A stretch of DNA of 64,000 nt from an uncultured Alphaproteobacteria bacterium (GCA_965371625.1 CBDUZE010000021.1:1725-65724), one strand, 5' to 3'. Counted from the first letter of the stretch, positions 1 to 10,879 are shown. The notes: a model not told the origin generated them from the sequence alone. Numbers and translations are program-made.

Positions 1-1
1 G

Positions 2-307
2 ACGGCGCTCTCGGGCAGCGGGCCGGCCTACGTCTTCCTGCTCATCGAATGCCTGGCCGAGGCTGGCGTCGAGGCCGGGCTCGACGCGGAGCTGGCCCTC
101 GGCCTGGCCCGGGCCACGGTGCGCGGCGCCGGCGAGCTCGCCCACCTCTCGGACCAGGGGGCGGCCCAGTTGCGCCGCAACGTCACCAGCCCCGGCGGCA
201 CCACCGAGGCCGCGCTCGAGGTGCTGATGGCCGGGGACGGGCTCGAGCCCTTGATCAGCCGGGCGATCGCCGCCGCGACGCGGCGCTCCCGCGAGCTCGC
301 GGGCTGA
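2..307 (+). CDS. proC: pyrroline-5-carboxylate reductase, C-terminal part (5' end lies outside the window)
   Basis: The frame is open from the window edge. The translation TALSGSGPAYVFLLIECLAEAGV...NVTSPGGTTEAALEVL matches the conserved ProC C-terminal dimerisation region. Confidence 0.85.
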   Translation, partial: TALSGSGPAYVFLLIECLAEAGVEAGLDAELALGLARATVRGAGELAHLSDQGAAQLRRNVTSPGGTTEAALEVLMAGDGLEPLISRAIAAATRRSRELAG

Positions 308-360
308 CGCGAGGCTCCGCCGCCGCCGGCCGGCGCGGCCCGAGGCGCGGTCGCGCCGGG

Positions 361-858
361 CTAGTTGGGCCGCGCCAGAAACAGATAGCCGATGCCGCCC
401 GCGACGCCGAGCCCGGTGCTGGTCTCGATCGCCAGTGGCTGCAGCGTGATGTTCTTCTCGCCGCCGCCCACCAGCACCGCGGCACCGACGCCGATGCCCA
501 CGGTCGCTGAGGCCTTAGCACCCACGTACTTGCCGACCAGCGCGTAGCTGCCGAGCCGGTAGTCGCTCTGGCCTGTGATGACCGCATAGTGGATCTTTTC
601 CTGGCGGTCCCAGTTGAGGTCGAGGCCGAGCGCGATGCCGCTTTCGCCGCGGTACCTTTCGACGCCGGTGGGGGTGCTGAAGGTGCAGTCGAGGCCGACC
701 GTCGAATGGATGATCAGGTTGCGGCGCGTGCCGCGGATGGTCTCGCAGCTGAGCACGCCAATCTTCACGCCCGCGGTCTGGGCGCTGGCCTGCCGGGCCG
801 ATCCGGGGAAGGCCAAGGCGACGGCAATGAACAAGCCTAGCAACAAGAGATTCTTCAC
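361..858 (-). CDS. DUF992-family secreted protein
   Basis: There is an N-terminal signal peptide (MKNLLLLGLFIAVALAFPGSA). The Gly-rich C-terminus and overall pattern are typical of alphaproteobacterial DUF992 proteins as I recall them. Confidence 0.65.
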   Translation of the reverse strand: MKNLLLLGLFIAVALAFPGSARQASAQTAGVKIGVLSCETIRGTRRNLIIHSTVGLDCTFSTPTGVERYRGESGIALGLDLNWDRQEKIHYAVITGQSDYRLGSYALVGKYVGAKASATVGIGVGAAVLVGGGEKNITLQPLAIETSTGLGVAGGIGYLFLARPN

Positions 859-1083
859 GGCGGTCTCCTCATCCTTATCGATCTCTATCCTCGAGGCGAT
901 GGTCCGGTGCCTCGGTGGCGCTTGAGCCCCGTCGCCTCAAGGCCCTTGAAATCGCACTCTCACGCCGCGCCGTCAAGGTGCTCGAATCGGATCGCTCCGC
1001 TACTTGCGGCCGACTGCGCCCGATGATTACTATGATCCGGTTGACCAGAAGCGCACGCGACCTCGCGCAGAGCGGAGGGCCTG

Positions 1084-1698
1084 ATGGTCAGGAAAGCCGA
1101 AATTCCCGGTTATATCGTCGACCGCGCCCTGGCGCTCGCGGCCGAGCGGGGCTGGCGCCGGACCTCGCTCCGTGAGATCGCCGGGGCGGCCGGCGTTTCA
1201 CTCACCGACCTGCGCCGCCATTACCGCTCCAAGGGGGCCATCCTCGAAGCCTTCTTCGACCGCGTCGACCACGACATGCTGGCCGCGGTCGAGCCCGAGC
1301 TCGGGTCCGAAGCGGCCCGTGACCGGCTCTTCGACGTCATCATGCGCCGGTTCGACGCCATGAAACCGCACAAGCAGGGGGTGCGCGCGATCCTCCGCGA
1401 CTGCGCCTGCGACCCCTGTCTGGGGCTTTGGGCGTCGTGCCGACTGAGGCGGAGCTTGAGCTGGATCCTCGAGGCGGCGGGACTCGATTCGAACGGCCTG
1501 CGCGGCCTCGTCCGCATCAAGGGGCTGGGCCTCGTCTACCTCCCCGCCCTCAGGGTGTGGCTCAACGACGACAGCGAGGACATGGCCAGGACCATGGCCG
1601 ACCTCGACCGCCGGCTCGGCCGCCTCGACGACCTGGTCGCCATGCTGCGCGGTCGTGGGGCCCCGCGCGCCGCCGAGGAGGGGAGCGAAAGCGCCTGA
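1084..1698 (+). CDS. TetR/AcrR family transcriptional regulator
   Basis: The N-terminal HTH (RGWRRTSLREIAGAAGVSLTDLRRHYRSKGAIL) is typical of TetR_N. Confidence 0.85.
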   Translation: MVRKAEIPGYIVDRALALAAERGWRRTSLREIAGAAGVSLTDLRRHYRSKGAILEAFFDRVDHDMLAAVEPELGSEAARDRLFDVIMRRFDAMKPHKQGVRAILRDCACDPCLGLWASCRLRRSLSWILEAAGLDSNGLRGLVRIKGLGLVYLPALRVWLNDDSEDMARTMADLDRRLGRLDDLVAMLRGRGAPRAAEEGSESA

Positions 1699-1798
1699 GT
1701 GGTGGCGCTCGGGCCGCCGCGGCCGCCGGCTTGACCCCCGCGTGCAGGGCCGCCAAGCTCGCCTGCTCTTAAGGCCGCGCCGTGACGGAGGCCGCCCG

Positions 1799-2650
1799 AT
1801 GCCCGCCGACGGGCCCCGCAAGGTGTCCCTCACCACCATGTTCCGGAACCTCAAGCGCGTGGCGCTGAGGCGCCATCGCGTCTACCTCATCGACGACAAG
1901 GAGGGGACGCAGCTCAAGCCGCGCCGAGCTGAGCACGTCTACGCCCCCATCGAGGCGATCTTCGCCGCGCACCGGGCGCGCTTTCTCGCCCTCGTCGACG
2001 AGCTCGCGCCGCAGCTTGGCGACCCCCGCCTCGACGCCGTGCCGGCGGCGGCGGCGGGCCCCGGCGAGCCCTATTGGAACAACGGCTACTTCGGTCCCGT
2101 CGATGCCCGGGTGGCCTATGCCCTGACAGCCGCGAGGCGGCCGCGGCGGATCGTCGAGATCGGCAGCGGACACAGCACCCGCTTCTTCAGGAAGGCGATC
2201 GACGATCTCGGGCTCTCGTGCTCGCTGACCGCCATAGACCCGAGCCCGCGGGCCGCGGTCGAGGGGGTGGCGGACGAGCTTTTGCGCGCCAACCTGCTCG
2301 ACCTCGACCTGACCCGCTTCGCCGCCCTCGAGGCCGGCGACGTGCTCTTCCTCGACGGCAGCCATCTGGTCTTCAACGGCACCGACACGACCCGTTTCTT
2401 CCTCGAGATCCTGCCGCTCCTGAAGGCCGGCGTGCTGGTCCACGTGCACGACGTCTGCCTGCCCTACGAGTACAGCGCGCGCTTCACCGAGCGCCTCTAT
2501 GGCGAGCAGTACCTGCTCGCCTGCATCCTCATGGACGGGGCCAAGTGGCGCCCGCTCCTGCCGGTCTATTACCTCGACCGCGAGGGCGCCTTTGCTGGCC
2601 TGCCCGGCGCCGGCCAGGACAATACCTCGTTCTGGATGACCCGGCTCTAG
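1799..2650 (+). CDS. class I SAM-dependent methyltransferase
   Basis: It has a Gly-rich SAM-binding motif (IVEIGSGHSTRFF) and an acidic loop (TAIDPS). I chose the ATG at 1799 as start; the longer ORF from 1655 is Arg/Pro-rich and looks non-coding. Confidence 0.7.
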   Translation: MPADGPRKVSLTTMFRNLKRVALRRHRVYLIDDKEGTQLKPRRAEHVYAPIEAIFAAHRARFLALVDELAPQLGDPRLDAVPAAAAGPGEPYWNNGYFGPVDARVAYALTAARRPRRIVEIGSGHSTRFFRKAIDDLGLSCSLTAIDPSPRAAVEGVADELLRANLLDLDLTRFAALEAGDVLFLDGSHLVFNGTDTTRFFLEILPLLKAGVLVHVHDVCLPYEYSARFTERLYGEQYLLACILMDGAKWRPLLPVYYLDREGAFAGLPGAGQDNTSFWMTRL

Positions 2651-2652
2651 CT

Positions 2653-3348
2653 TTAGTCGGGCCCACTCGGCCCGCGCCTCTCGAGCAGGTGGAAGACGCA
2701 GTAGGAGGGGTAGGAGAACTCGCGCCTCAGGATGGTGAAGCCGATCTCCGTCAGCCGGCGCTCGAAGTCCTCGAGCGCGCGGCCCTTGTAGCCGATCTCC
2801 CACTTGTGGCCGTGGGCGCCGGCGCTCGGGTCGGGCCTGAAGGCCCTCAAGAACCTGAGCTTCTTGAACGAGAAGTGCTGGCGGAAGAGGTAGCGGTTGA
2901 GATAGGCCTGGAAGAAGGCCTGGGTGCCCTGGTAGGGCACCGAGATCAGCACGTAGCGGACGCCCGAGGCATGGAAGGCGCGCAGCGCCGCCTCGGCCGC
3001 CTCGAAGCGCAGATGCTCGAGGGTGGCGCAGCAGAGGATGCAGTCGAAGCCCTCGAGGCGCTTGGCCTCGATCTCGGTGAGGTCCATCTCGATGTGGGGA
3101 CGCCGGGGCCGCTCGAAGCTCGGCGCGATCATGTCCATCGTCGTGACCTCGAAGCCGGCGTTGTCGAGCATCGCGGTGACCAGCCCGAGGTAGGGCCCGA
3201 TCTCGAGCACCGAGGCGATGGGGAGCCCGGCCAGCATCCGCACTTCGAGGAGCTGCTCATGGATGCGCTTCGGCGAGTAGTAGCGCAGCCACTCGCGCTT
3301 GCGCTCCGCCGCGGAGATCTCGCTCGCCGGCTTGGACTCGCCTTCCAT
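2653..3348 (-). CDS. class I SAM-dependent methyltransferase
   Basis: Motif I is VLEIGPYLGLVTAMLDNAGFEVTTMD, followed by ILCCATLEHL (motif II/III). The gene is convergent with the preceding methyltransferase. Confidence 0.75.
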   Translation of the reverse strand: MEGESKPASEISAAERKREWLRYYSPKRIHEQLLEVRMLAGLPIASVLEIGPYLGLVTAMLDNAGFEVTTMDMIAPSFERPRRPHIEMDLTEIEAKRLEGFDCILCCATLEHLRFEAAEAALRAFHASGVRYVLISVPYQGTQAFFQAYLNRYLFRQHFSFKKLRFLRAFRPDPSAGAHGHKWEIGYKGRALEDFERRLTEIGFTILRREFSYPSYCVFHLLERRGPSGPD

Positions 3349-3410
3349 GGCTCAAGCCGCTAGTGCGCTGGGGCGCGAAGGCTCGCGGCCGATGGTCGCG
3401 CCGGCACCCA

Positions 3411-4259
3411 TCACCCGCCGGCGCCGAAGAGGCGCCGGGCGTTCTTATGGGCGATCGCCTCGGCCACAACGCGGGGAAGCTGGGCGAGCCAGCGCCGGTG
3501 CTCGTCGATGATCGCCGGGTAGAAGCCCCAACGCGACGTGACGTAGGTGTCGCTGCCGATCATGAAGCGCTCGGGGTGGCCGGTGAAGAGCTGGCGCCAG
3601 GCAGGGTCGAGGCGGCCGCCCGGGGCGATCTCCGCGGCGCGGAACGCGAGCTCGACAATAAGCCTCGGGTAACGCTCGATGAGCGCGCCGATCTCGGGCG
3701 GCTCGGCACTCATCCCGGCGTGGGCCCAGAGGATGGTGAGCCCGGGCTCGATCTCGAACAGCGCCCGCACCGGGCCGGCGCCCGCGTGGACGTGGAGCAT
3801 GATCCCCCGCGCCACCGCCATGGCCGCGACCTGGCGCACCACGGGCGTGGTCGCCGCCGCGTCGTCGAAGAGATGGAACTCGCCGATGCCGCGGTGGACG
3901 CCGAGCTCCAGGCGCCGGGCCAGGTAGGCCGGCGTTTCCGGATCGAGATGCCAGATGCTCGAGCCGACGCCGACGCGATAGGGGCGCAGGATCGGCACGA
4001 AGCGCGCCGGGTCGTGGCGATAGAGCTTGAGGGTGCCGTCGTCCGGGGTGCTCGAGACCAGGGCCCGCACCACGTTCGCGCTCTCGAGGGTCTCGACGAT
4101 CGCCTCCGGCCCGTAGGCCGCCCAGGCGTCCCGGCTATAATGGAGGTGGGTGTCGAAGATCGCCAGGCGCTCGTCGGCCAGCAGCGGCTGAGGAGCGGCC
4201 GCCATGACGCCGAGCGCCAGGATCGTGGTGAGCTTGCGTCGGGCGCCCTCGGCCGCCAC
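3411..4259 (-). CDS. amidohydrolase family protein (metal-dependent hydrolase, TIM barrel)
   Basis: It has a signal-like N-terminus and the metal-binding motif FDTHLHYS, with later HVHAG and GSD motifs. Confidence 0.75.
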   Translation of the reverse strand: MAAEGARRKLTTILALGVMAAAPQPLLADERLAIFDTHLHYSRDAWAAYGPEAIVETLESANVVRALVSSTPDDGTLKLYRHDPARFVPILRPYRVGVGSSIWHLDPETPAYLARRLELGVHRGIGEFHLFDDAAATTPVVRQVAAMAVARGIMLHVHAGAGPVRALFEIEPGLTILWAHAGMSAEPPEIGALIERYPRLIVELAFRAAEIAPGGRLDPAWRQLFTGHPERFMIGSDTYVTSRWGFYPAIIDEHRRWLAQLPRVVAEAIAHKNARRLFGAGG

Positions 4260-4338
4260 CGCTGCTTCCTTCCCTTAGGGGCGATCGGGGCGAAGTCTAA
4301 GCAGCCGCGCGGCGGGAGTCCATCGGCCGCGCCCCCGC

Positions 4339-4743
4339 TTGTCGCGCCCCTGGGGCGGTGATAGCGTCCGCGCCCGCGCCATCGGGGAGAGCGGCAGGAC
4401 GAGCGCACGGCCGATCGGTTTCGACGACTTCCTTAAAGTCGACATCCGGGTCGGCACGGTGACCGCGGTCGAGGACTTCCCCGAGGCGCGCAAGCCGGCC
4501 TACAAGATCTGGGTCGACTTCCGCGCTGAGCTCGGCGTGCGCAAGTACTCGGCCCAGCTCCCCGACACCTACCGTCGCGACGAGCTGATCGGGCGCCAGG
4601 TGGCGGCGGTGGTCAACTTCGCGCCGCGCCAGATCGGCACGTTCATGTCCGAGATCCTGATCCTCGGCTTCCCCGACGGCGCGGGCGGCGTGATCCTCAT
4701 CGCCCCCGAGCGCGAGGTGCCGGTGGGCGGGCGCCTGTTCTGA
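4339..4743 (+). CDS. tRNA-binding domain protein (CsaA-like chaperone)
   Basis: FDDFLKVDIRVGTVTAVEDFPEARKPAYKIWVDF...VNFAPRQIGTFMSEILILG matches the CsaA/EMAP OB-fold. The only canonical start in frame is the TTG at 4339, so the start is uncertain. Confidence 0.75.
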   Translation: MSRPWGGDSVRARAIGESGRTSARPIGFDDFLKVDIRVGTVTAVEDFPEARKPAYKIWVDFRAELGVRKYSAQLPDTYRRDELIGRQVAAVVNFAPRQIGTFMSEILILGFPDGAGGVILIAPEREVPVGGRLF

Positions 4744-4993
4744 GCCTCGGATATACGGCCGAGGCCGGCTCCGCGGAGCGGTCGGCTCACCTCCGAACAG
4801 CCGCGCGACTAAAGATCGAGAATGACCAGATGCCCGCGGGTCCGCTTCCCGCCGCGCCCGGCAAGATCGAGACGGTATAATTACCTGTCGCCTTATGGAG
4901 CCATCTCGGACAATGCCGCTCTGCTCCCGTGGACACCCGCTACCACCGTCCGTAGAGTGAAGCAAACAACCTCTTAGGAGGGGAGATACTTGC

Positions 4994-6775
4994 GTGGCAT
5001 CGGATCGTGTGGAACGTCGGCTTGCCGCCATCCTCGTCGCCGATGTGGTCGGATACAGCCGACTCGTCGGCGTCGACGAAGAAGGAACGCTGGCGCGCCT
5101 CAAGGTCCTCCGCGAAGAGTTGATTGATCCCTGCGTTGCCCGTCATCAGGGGCGCGTCGTCAAGACGATGGGCGATGGCATCCTTGTCGAGTACCCGAGC
5201 GTAGTTGACGCCGTGCGCAGTGCCGTGGAGGTGCAGCAAGCTGTGGCAGCGCGCGAGGCCGACATGCCCGAGGATCGTCGAATCGCGTTCCGCGTCGGTG
5301 TCAACATGGGTGATATCGTCGTCGATGGGGACGACATCTTGGGAGACGGAGTCAACATCGCGGCGCGTTTGGAGTCGCTCGCCGAGGCGGGGGGAATTTG
5401 TATCGCCAGCAACGTCCGCGAGCAGCTATTTGGCAAGGTCGCAATCGACTTCGAGGACATTGGCGAACAGGTGGTCAAGAACATCTCACGACCCATCCGC
5501 GCGTACCGGATTCGGCCACTGATTCAAGCGACTTTCGCGGCGGCAGCGGTCGCCGACGTTTCGGTCCCAGTACCAGGGTTCGGAGGCCGGCCGGCGATCG
5601 CCGTTCTGCCGTTCGACAATCTCTCGGGCGATCCCGAGCAGGAGTACTTCGCTGACGGCATCGCCGAGGACATCCTGACGCGGCTGGCCATGTGGCGCTG
5701 GCTCCCAGTGATCGCGCGCAATTCGAGCTTCACCTACAAGGGCCGGGCGGTCGACGTGAAACAGGCAGGCAACGAGCTTGGAGCCCGCTACGTCCTGGAA
5801 GGCAGCGTGCGGCGCGCCGACAACCGAGTTCGCGTGACCGTGCAGCTCATCGACACCACCACCGGCCACCATGTGTGGGCAGAGCGCTACGACCGCAAGC
5901 TCGCTGACATCTTCGACCTGCAGGACGAGATCACCGAGCGCGTCGTCGCCGCACTGGAGCCGGCCGTCGGCAAGGCGGAGCGCCAGCGGGCCCATGCCAA
6001 GGACCCGGACAACCTAGACGCTTGGGAAGCGGTACAGCGGGGCATCTGGCATCTGCAGCGCCTCAACCAAGCGGATCTCGAAGCGGCGATCGGTCTATTC
6101 AAGGACGCGGCCGGGCTCGACCCCTATTTTGCGCTCGCCCGCAGCATGTTTGCGCTCGCCAGGGTCTACCAGACCTATTGGTCTTGGGCGCAGGACCCCG
6201 GCGCCTCGCTGAAGGAGGCGGACCGTGAAGCCACGGTTGCGCTGTCGCTCGACGACATGGACCCCAACGCCCATGCCGCCAAGGGGTTCGCGAATGTCAC
6301 GACACGTCAATACGACGCCGCCTTGGAGTCGGCGCAGCGGGCCGTGGCGCTCAACCCGAGCTTCGCGCTTGGCTATTTCGTGCTTGGCGCCTGGGGCGTG
6401 CTCGCCGGCGAATTCGATGCAGGCGTAGAGGCCGCGGCAACCGCCATCAGGCTAAGCCCGCACGATCCCTGGTTGCCCCAATGGATGGCCAATCTTGCGG
6501 TCAACCACTACATGGCCCGTCGCTACGAGGAGGGCCTCAATTATGCCGATAAGGCGGCCCGCCTTGCTCCGGAGTTCGCGTTGGCATGGCGCGGCAAGAC
6601 GTCCTGCCTCGCTCAGCTCGGCCGCCTCGATGAGGCGCGGGAGGCACTCCGAGAGTTTCTGCGTCTCATTCCAGACTACAGCGATCAAAGGGCCCTGATC
6701 AGCGTCCCGTTCCGCGACCCAGCCCACCACCAGCATTACATGGAGGGCCTACGCAAGGCCGGCTGGGACGGGTGA
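4994..6775 (+). CDS. adenylate/guanylate cyclase domain protein with C-terminal TPR region
   Basis: The class III cyclase N-terminus reads RRLAAILVADVVGYSRL...KTMGDGILVEYPS...VGVNMGDIV. A TolB-like/TPR tail follows. The GTG start is preceded by the SD-like aggagggg. Confidence 0.85.
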   Translation: MASDRVERRLAAILVADVVGYSRLVGVDEEGTLARLKVLREELIDPCVARHQGRVVKTMGDGILVEYPSVVDAVRSAVEVQQAVAAREADMPEDRRIAFRVGVNMGDIVVDGDDILGDGVNIAARLESLAEAGGICIASNVREQLFGKVAIDFEDIGEQVVKNISRPIRAYRIRPLIQATFAAAAVADVSVPVPGFGGRPAIAVLPFDNLSGDPEQEYFADGIAEDILTRLAMWRWLPVIARNSSFTYKGRAVDVKQAGNELGARYVLEGSVRRADNRVRVTVQLIDTTTGHHVWAERYDRKLADIFDLQDEITERVVAALEPAVGKAERQRAHAKDPDNLDAWEAVQRGIWHLQRLNQADLEAAIGLFKDAAGLDPYFALARSMFALARVYQTYWSWAQDPGASLKEADREATVALSLDDMDPNAHAAKGFANVTTRQYDAALESAQRAVALNPSFALGYFVLGAWGVLAGEFDAGVEAAATAIRLSPHDPWLPQWMANLAVNHYMARRYEEGLNYADKAARLAPEFALAWRGKTSCLAQLGRLDEAREALREFLRLIPDYSDQRALISVPFRDPAHHQHYMEGLRKAGWDG

Positions 6776-7171
6776 TCGCGGGCTTCAGCCGATGGTTGGA
6801 TTGGGCTCTTCGGACCGGCCCGTCAGGACGGCAGATAGCTGGCTCACGGGGCTCATAGCCTGAAGCTCGAATGTGCGCTGTTGGCGACCCCGGGCTCGAA
6901 TACCGCCTGGGTTGGACCATCGCCCCGGGACATCAAGCGGACATCGGGGCAGCTCACGTCGGCTGCCGCCGAATATGCGGACCGTCGTCAAAACGATGGC
7001 GAACTCGCGCCATCGGCCAGCGGCGTGGGCTTGGCTCGTCGCTGCGCGGGAACCGTGATCATCGCCGGGCACCGCTCACCGCCGCGACAGCCGTGCCGCG
7101 ATTCACCGTGTGACATTCGCCGCCGCGCCCGGCAAGATCGCCGCGAACGTGACAATACGAGGGAGCGCCCG

Positions 7172-8239
7172 ATGAGCATTCCGACCGAGCCGATCGGCAG
7201 CATTCCACGTCCCGACTATTTGCTGGAAGCGATGAAGAGCCATGGCGAGGGGGCGCTCGATGACCAGCGCCTCGCCCAAGCGGTGGACCGCGCCGTCGCC
7301 GAAACCGTCGCCGCGCTGGAGGCCACCGGCTCTCCCGTGGTCAGCGATGGCGAGCAGTCCAAGCCGAGCTTCGCCACCTATCCCGTCGCCGGGCTCGAGA
7401 GCTTGGCCCCCGATGGCGTGGTGATCCCGTTCGCCGACGGACACACCCGCCAGCTACCCCGCCTCACCGCTGGCCCGTTTCGCTTCACGACCTACTCCGG
7501 AGAGTATGTCGGCCAGGCCCGCCGCCATACCCAGAAGCCGCTCAAACAGGCCGTGATCGCCGCCTCGGCGCTCAGCCTGCTCTACCCGCAGGACGGCATC
7601 GAGGGCTATTCGAGAGACGCTTTCATCGCCGATCTCACGGCCGAATGCGTCAAGGATATTCGCTCGGCGTTCGAGGCCGGGGCGGTGAGCGTCCAGATCG
7701 ACTTCACCGAGGGACGGCTCGCCTGCAAGCTCGATCCCTCGCGCGGCCTGCTGAGCGACTTCGTCGCCCTCAACAACGCGGTGCTCGAGCGCTTCGGCGA
7801 GGATGAGCGGCGCCGCATCGGGCTTCATACCTGCCCCGGCGGCGATCAGGATTCGACCCACTCCGCAGACGTCGATTACGCCGAGCTGCTGCCCGATCTG
7901 TTCGCCATCAAGGCCGGCCGTTTCTACATCCAGATGGCCAGCGAGCGCGATCGTCCGCGGGTGCTCGACATCATCGCCCGGGAACGACGGCCCGATCAGA
8001 TGCTCTTCATCGGTGTCATCGACCCCATCGACGCGACCATCGAAAGCGCCGAGGTGGTCCGCCAGCGGACCCTGGAGGCGGTCGAGCACCTGGGGCCGGA
8101 AATGTTCGGCACCACGGATGATTGCGGCTTCTCGCCGTTCGGTGACGATCTCTCGACGGCGCGCGAGACCGCCTTCGCCAAGATCACGGCCCGCGTCGAG
8201 GGGACGCGGCTCGCCGCCGAGCACTTGGGCCTGACTTAA
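7172..8239 (+). CDS. cobalamin-independent methionine synthase II family protein (MetE C-terminal-domain-like)
   Basis: The protein starts MSIPTEPIGSIPRPDYL and has a HTCPGG Zn-site-like motif. The ATG at 7172 is preceded by gaggga. The longer ORF from 6881 looks non-coding. Confidence 0.75.
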   Translation: MSIPTEPIGSIPRPDYLLEAMKSHGEGALDDQRLAQAVDRAVAETVAALEATGSPVVSDGEQSKPSFATYPVAGLESLAPDGVVIPFADGHTRQLPRLTAGPFRFTTYSGEYVGQARRHTQKPLKQAVIAASALSLLYPQDGIEGYSRDAFIADLTAECVKDIRSAFEAGAVSVQIDFTEGRLACKLDPSRGLLSDFVALNNAVLERFGEDERRRIGLHTCPGGDQDSTHSADVDYAELLPDLFAIKAGRFYIQMASERDRPRVLDIIARERRPDQMLFIGVIDPIDATIESAEVVRQRTLEAVEHLGPEMFGTTDDCGFSPFGDDLSTARETAFAKITARVEGTRLAAEHLGLT

Positions 8240-8318
8240 CGCGCAAGGAATCGAGCGCGGCGCCCGGGCCTAATTGGCGCGGACGCGAGTTCCTTGGCGA
8301 GCCCCGCCAAGCCGGGCC

Positions 8319-9673
8319 CTACAGCGGCAGCCGCAGCAGCGCGCGCAGCCCGCCCAAGGGCGCCTCCGAGAGGGTGATGTCGCCGCCGTGGCTGCGCGCC
8401 ACGTCGCGGGCGATGCTGAGGCCCAGGCCGCTGCCGCCGCTATCGGGGTTGCGCGAGGCGTCGAGGCGGTGGAAGGGCTTGAACGCCTCCTCGCGCATCG
8501 CCTCGGGAATCCCGGGGCCGTCGTCGTCGATGGCGACCTCGATCGAATCGCCCCTGCGCCGGGCCTCGATGGTGACCCGTGCGGCGTGGCGTCGCGCGTT
8601 GTCGACGAGGTTGGTGAGGCAGCGCTTGATGGCGTCGGGCCGGAGCGGCACCACCATGTCGCCGTCGGCCACGAGCTCGACCTCGCCGCCCTGACGCCGG
8701 GCCTCGACGGCGACCTCGTTCAAGAGGCCGGGCAGGTCGGTCGGCACCGCCGCTTCGGCGTCGCGGCCGCGGGCGAAGTCGAGATAGGCCCCGACCATCT
8801 TCTCCATCTCGGCCACGTCCGAGCGCAGGCTGGCGACCTCGTCGCCGCCCCCCAGCATGGCGAGCTGGAGCTTCATCCGCGTCAAGGGCGTGCGCAGGTC
8901 GTGGCTGACGCCGGCCAACATCTCGGTGCGCTGACGCACCTGGCGCTCGATGCGGTCGCGCATGACCAGGAAGGCGGCGGCGGCGCGGCGCACCTCGGTG
9001 GCGCCCGCGGGCTTGAAGTTGGTCACCGGGCGGCCCTTGCCCAGGTCGTCGGCGGCCTGGGCGAGGCGGCGGATGGGGCGGACCTGGTTGCGCATGAAGA
9101 TCACGGCGATGACCAACATCACCGAGGCCGTGCCCACCATCCACATGATGAAGATCCAGGTCGTGCTGCTCGCCACCCGGTCCCTGGTCGCCGCCACCCG
9201 CAGCACGCCACTGTCGAGCTGGACCTCGATCCCGATCCAGTCGTCGGTGCGGTGGGTGTCGATGTGGAAGGGCTGGGAGAGGTGCTCGCCGAGCGCGCTC
9301 GAGAGCATGCGGTCGAGGATGCTGGTGAGCTCGGGCGGCTCGGCCGGCAGCCGCTCGCCCGGGAGCAGCGTCACCTTGAGGTGCATGCGGTAGAGCGCCT
9401 CGACCAAGATGCGCTCGCGGTTCTCGGGCCCCGGGAACTGGTCGAGGAGCTCGATGATCATGGCGATGTCGCCGCCCACGCCGAGCGCCAGGCGACGGCT
9501 CACCTGATCCCAGTGACGCTCGAAGAAGATGTAGGTGGCGACGATCTGCAGCACCACCACCGGCGTGACGATGATCAGCAGGGCGCGGCCGAACAGGCTC
9601 CGCGGCAGGAACCGCTTGAGCAGCTTTTCGGGCTTCAAGCGCGCCGCGCCCGGCCACCATGCGCTCAATCGGC

Positions 9674-9686
<13 letters not shown>
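8319..9686 (-). CDS. two-component sensor histidine kinase (EnvZ-like: two TM segments, HAMP, HisKA, HATPase)
   Basis: The H-box is GVSHDLRTPLTRM. The N/G boxes are NLVDNARRH, DDDGPGIP and GGSGLGLSIAR. It overlaps the upstream response regulator by 13 nt. Confidence 0.85.
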
Positions 9687-10372
<686 letters not shown>

Positions 10373-10378
10373 TCGGCC

Positions 10379-10873
10379 TCATACCTCCTTGACCCGGCGC
10401 ACGATGTGCTCGCGGTCGGCGCCGTCGAGGAGACCGAAGAGCACCTTGCGGTAGCCCTCGACGGCCTCGGCGCCGGCCTCCCGGTAGGCCCGCGCCACCC
10501 GCGAGCGCTGCGGCGCCGAGAGTCGGCGCTCGAGCTCGATCCCCTGATCGGTGAGCCGGAGCAGGCGTTGGCGGCGGTCGCGGGTGCCCTGGCGCTGGAC
10601 CACGAAGCCCTGGCTCACCAGTTGGCCCAGCACCCGCGACAGGCTCTGCTTGGTGATGCGCAGGATGCTCAGGAGCTGGGCCACCGGGATGTCGGGGTAG
10701 CGGCCCACGAAGTGGATGACCCGGTGGTGGGCGCGGCCGAAACCGTACTGATCGAGGATCTTGTCGGGGTCCGAGGTGAAGTCGCGATAGGCGTAGAACA
10801 GGAGCTCGATGCCCTGGCGCAGCTCCTCCTCCCTCAGGAAAAGGGGATTGGCACTGGATTTTACGTCAACCAT
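10379..10873 (-). CDS. MarR family transcriptional regulator
   Basis: The winged HTH reads VAQLLSILRITKQSLSRVLGQLVSQGFVVQRQGTRDRRQRLLRLT. Confidence 0.85.
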   Translation of the reverse strand: MVDVKSSANPLFLREEELRQGIELLFYAYRDFTSDPDKILDQYGFGRAHHRVIHFVGRYPDIPVAQLLSILRITKQSLSRVLGQLVSQGFVVQRQGTRDRRQRLLRLTDQGIELERRLSAPQRSRVARAYREAGAEAVEGYRKVLFGLLDGADREHIVRRVKEV

Positions 10874-10879
10874 GTTGAC
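10865..10879. promoter_or_regulatory. perfect inverted repeat GTCAAC-cat-GTTGAC centred on the MarR start codon (candidate autoregulatory operator)
   Basis: The palindrome is read directly from the sequence. It lies in the MarR/ilvE divergent region. Its function is inferred only. Confidence 0.3.

Noticed and set aside
4743-4770. The hairpin gcctcgg-N8-ccgaggc after the CsaA-like gene as a terminator.
   Set aside because: The stem is only 7 bp and no U-tract follows. It is too weak to call.
6776-7171. The long (~400 nt) leader upstream of the MetE-like gene as a cobalamin or SAM riboswitch.
   Set aside because: I could not find a B12 box (GCCACTG-like core) or the SAM-II pseudoknot consensus by eye. 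An Infernal/Rfam scan would be needed, so I make no claim.
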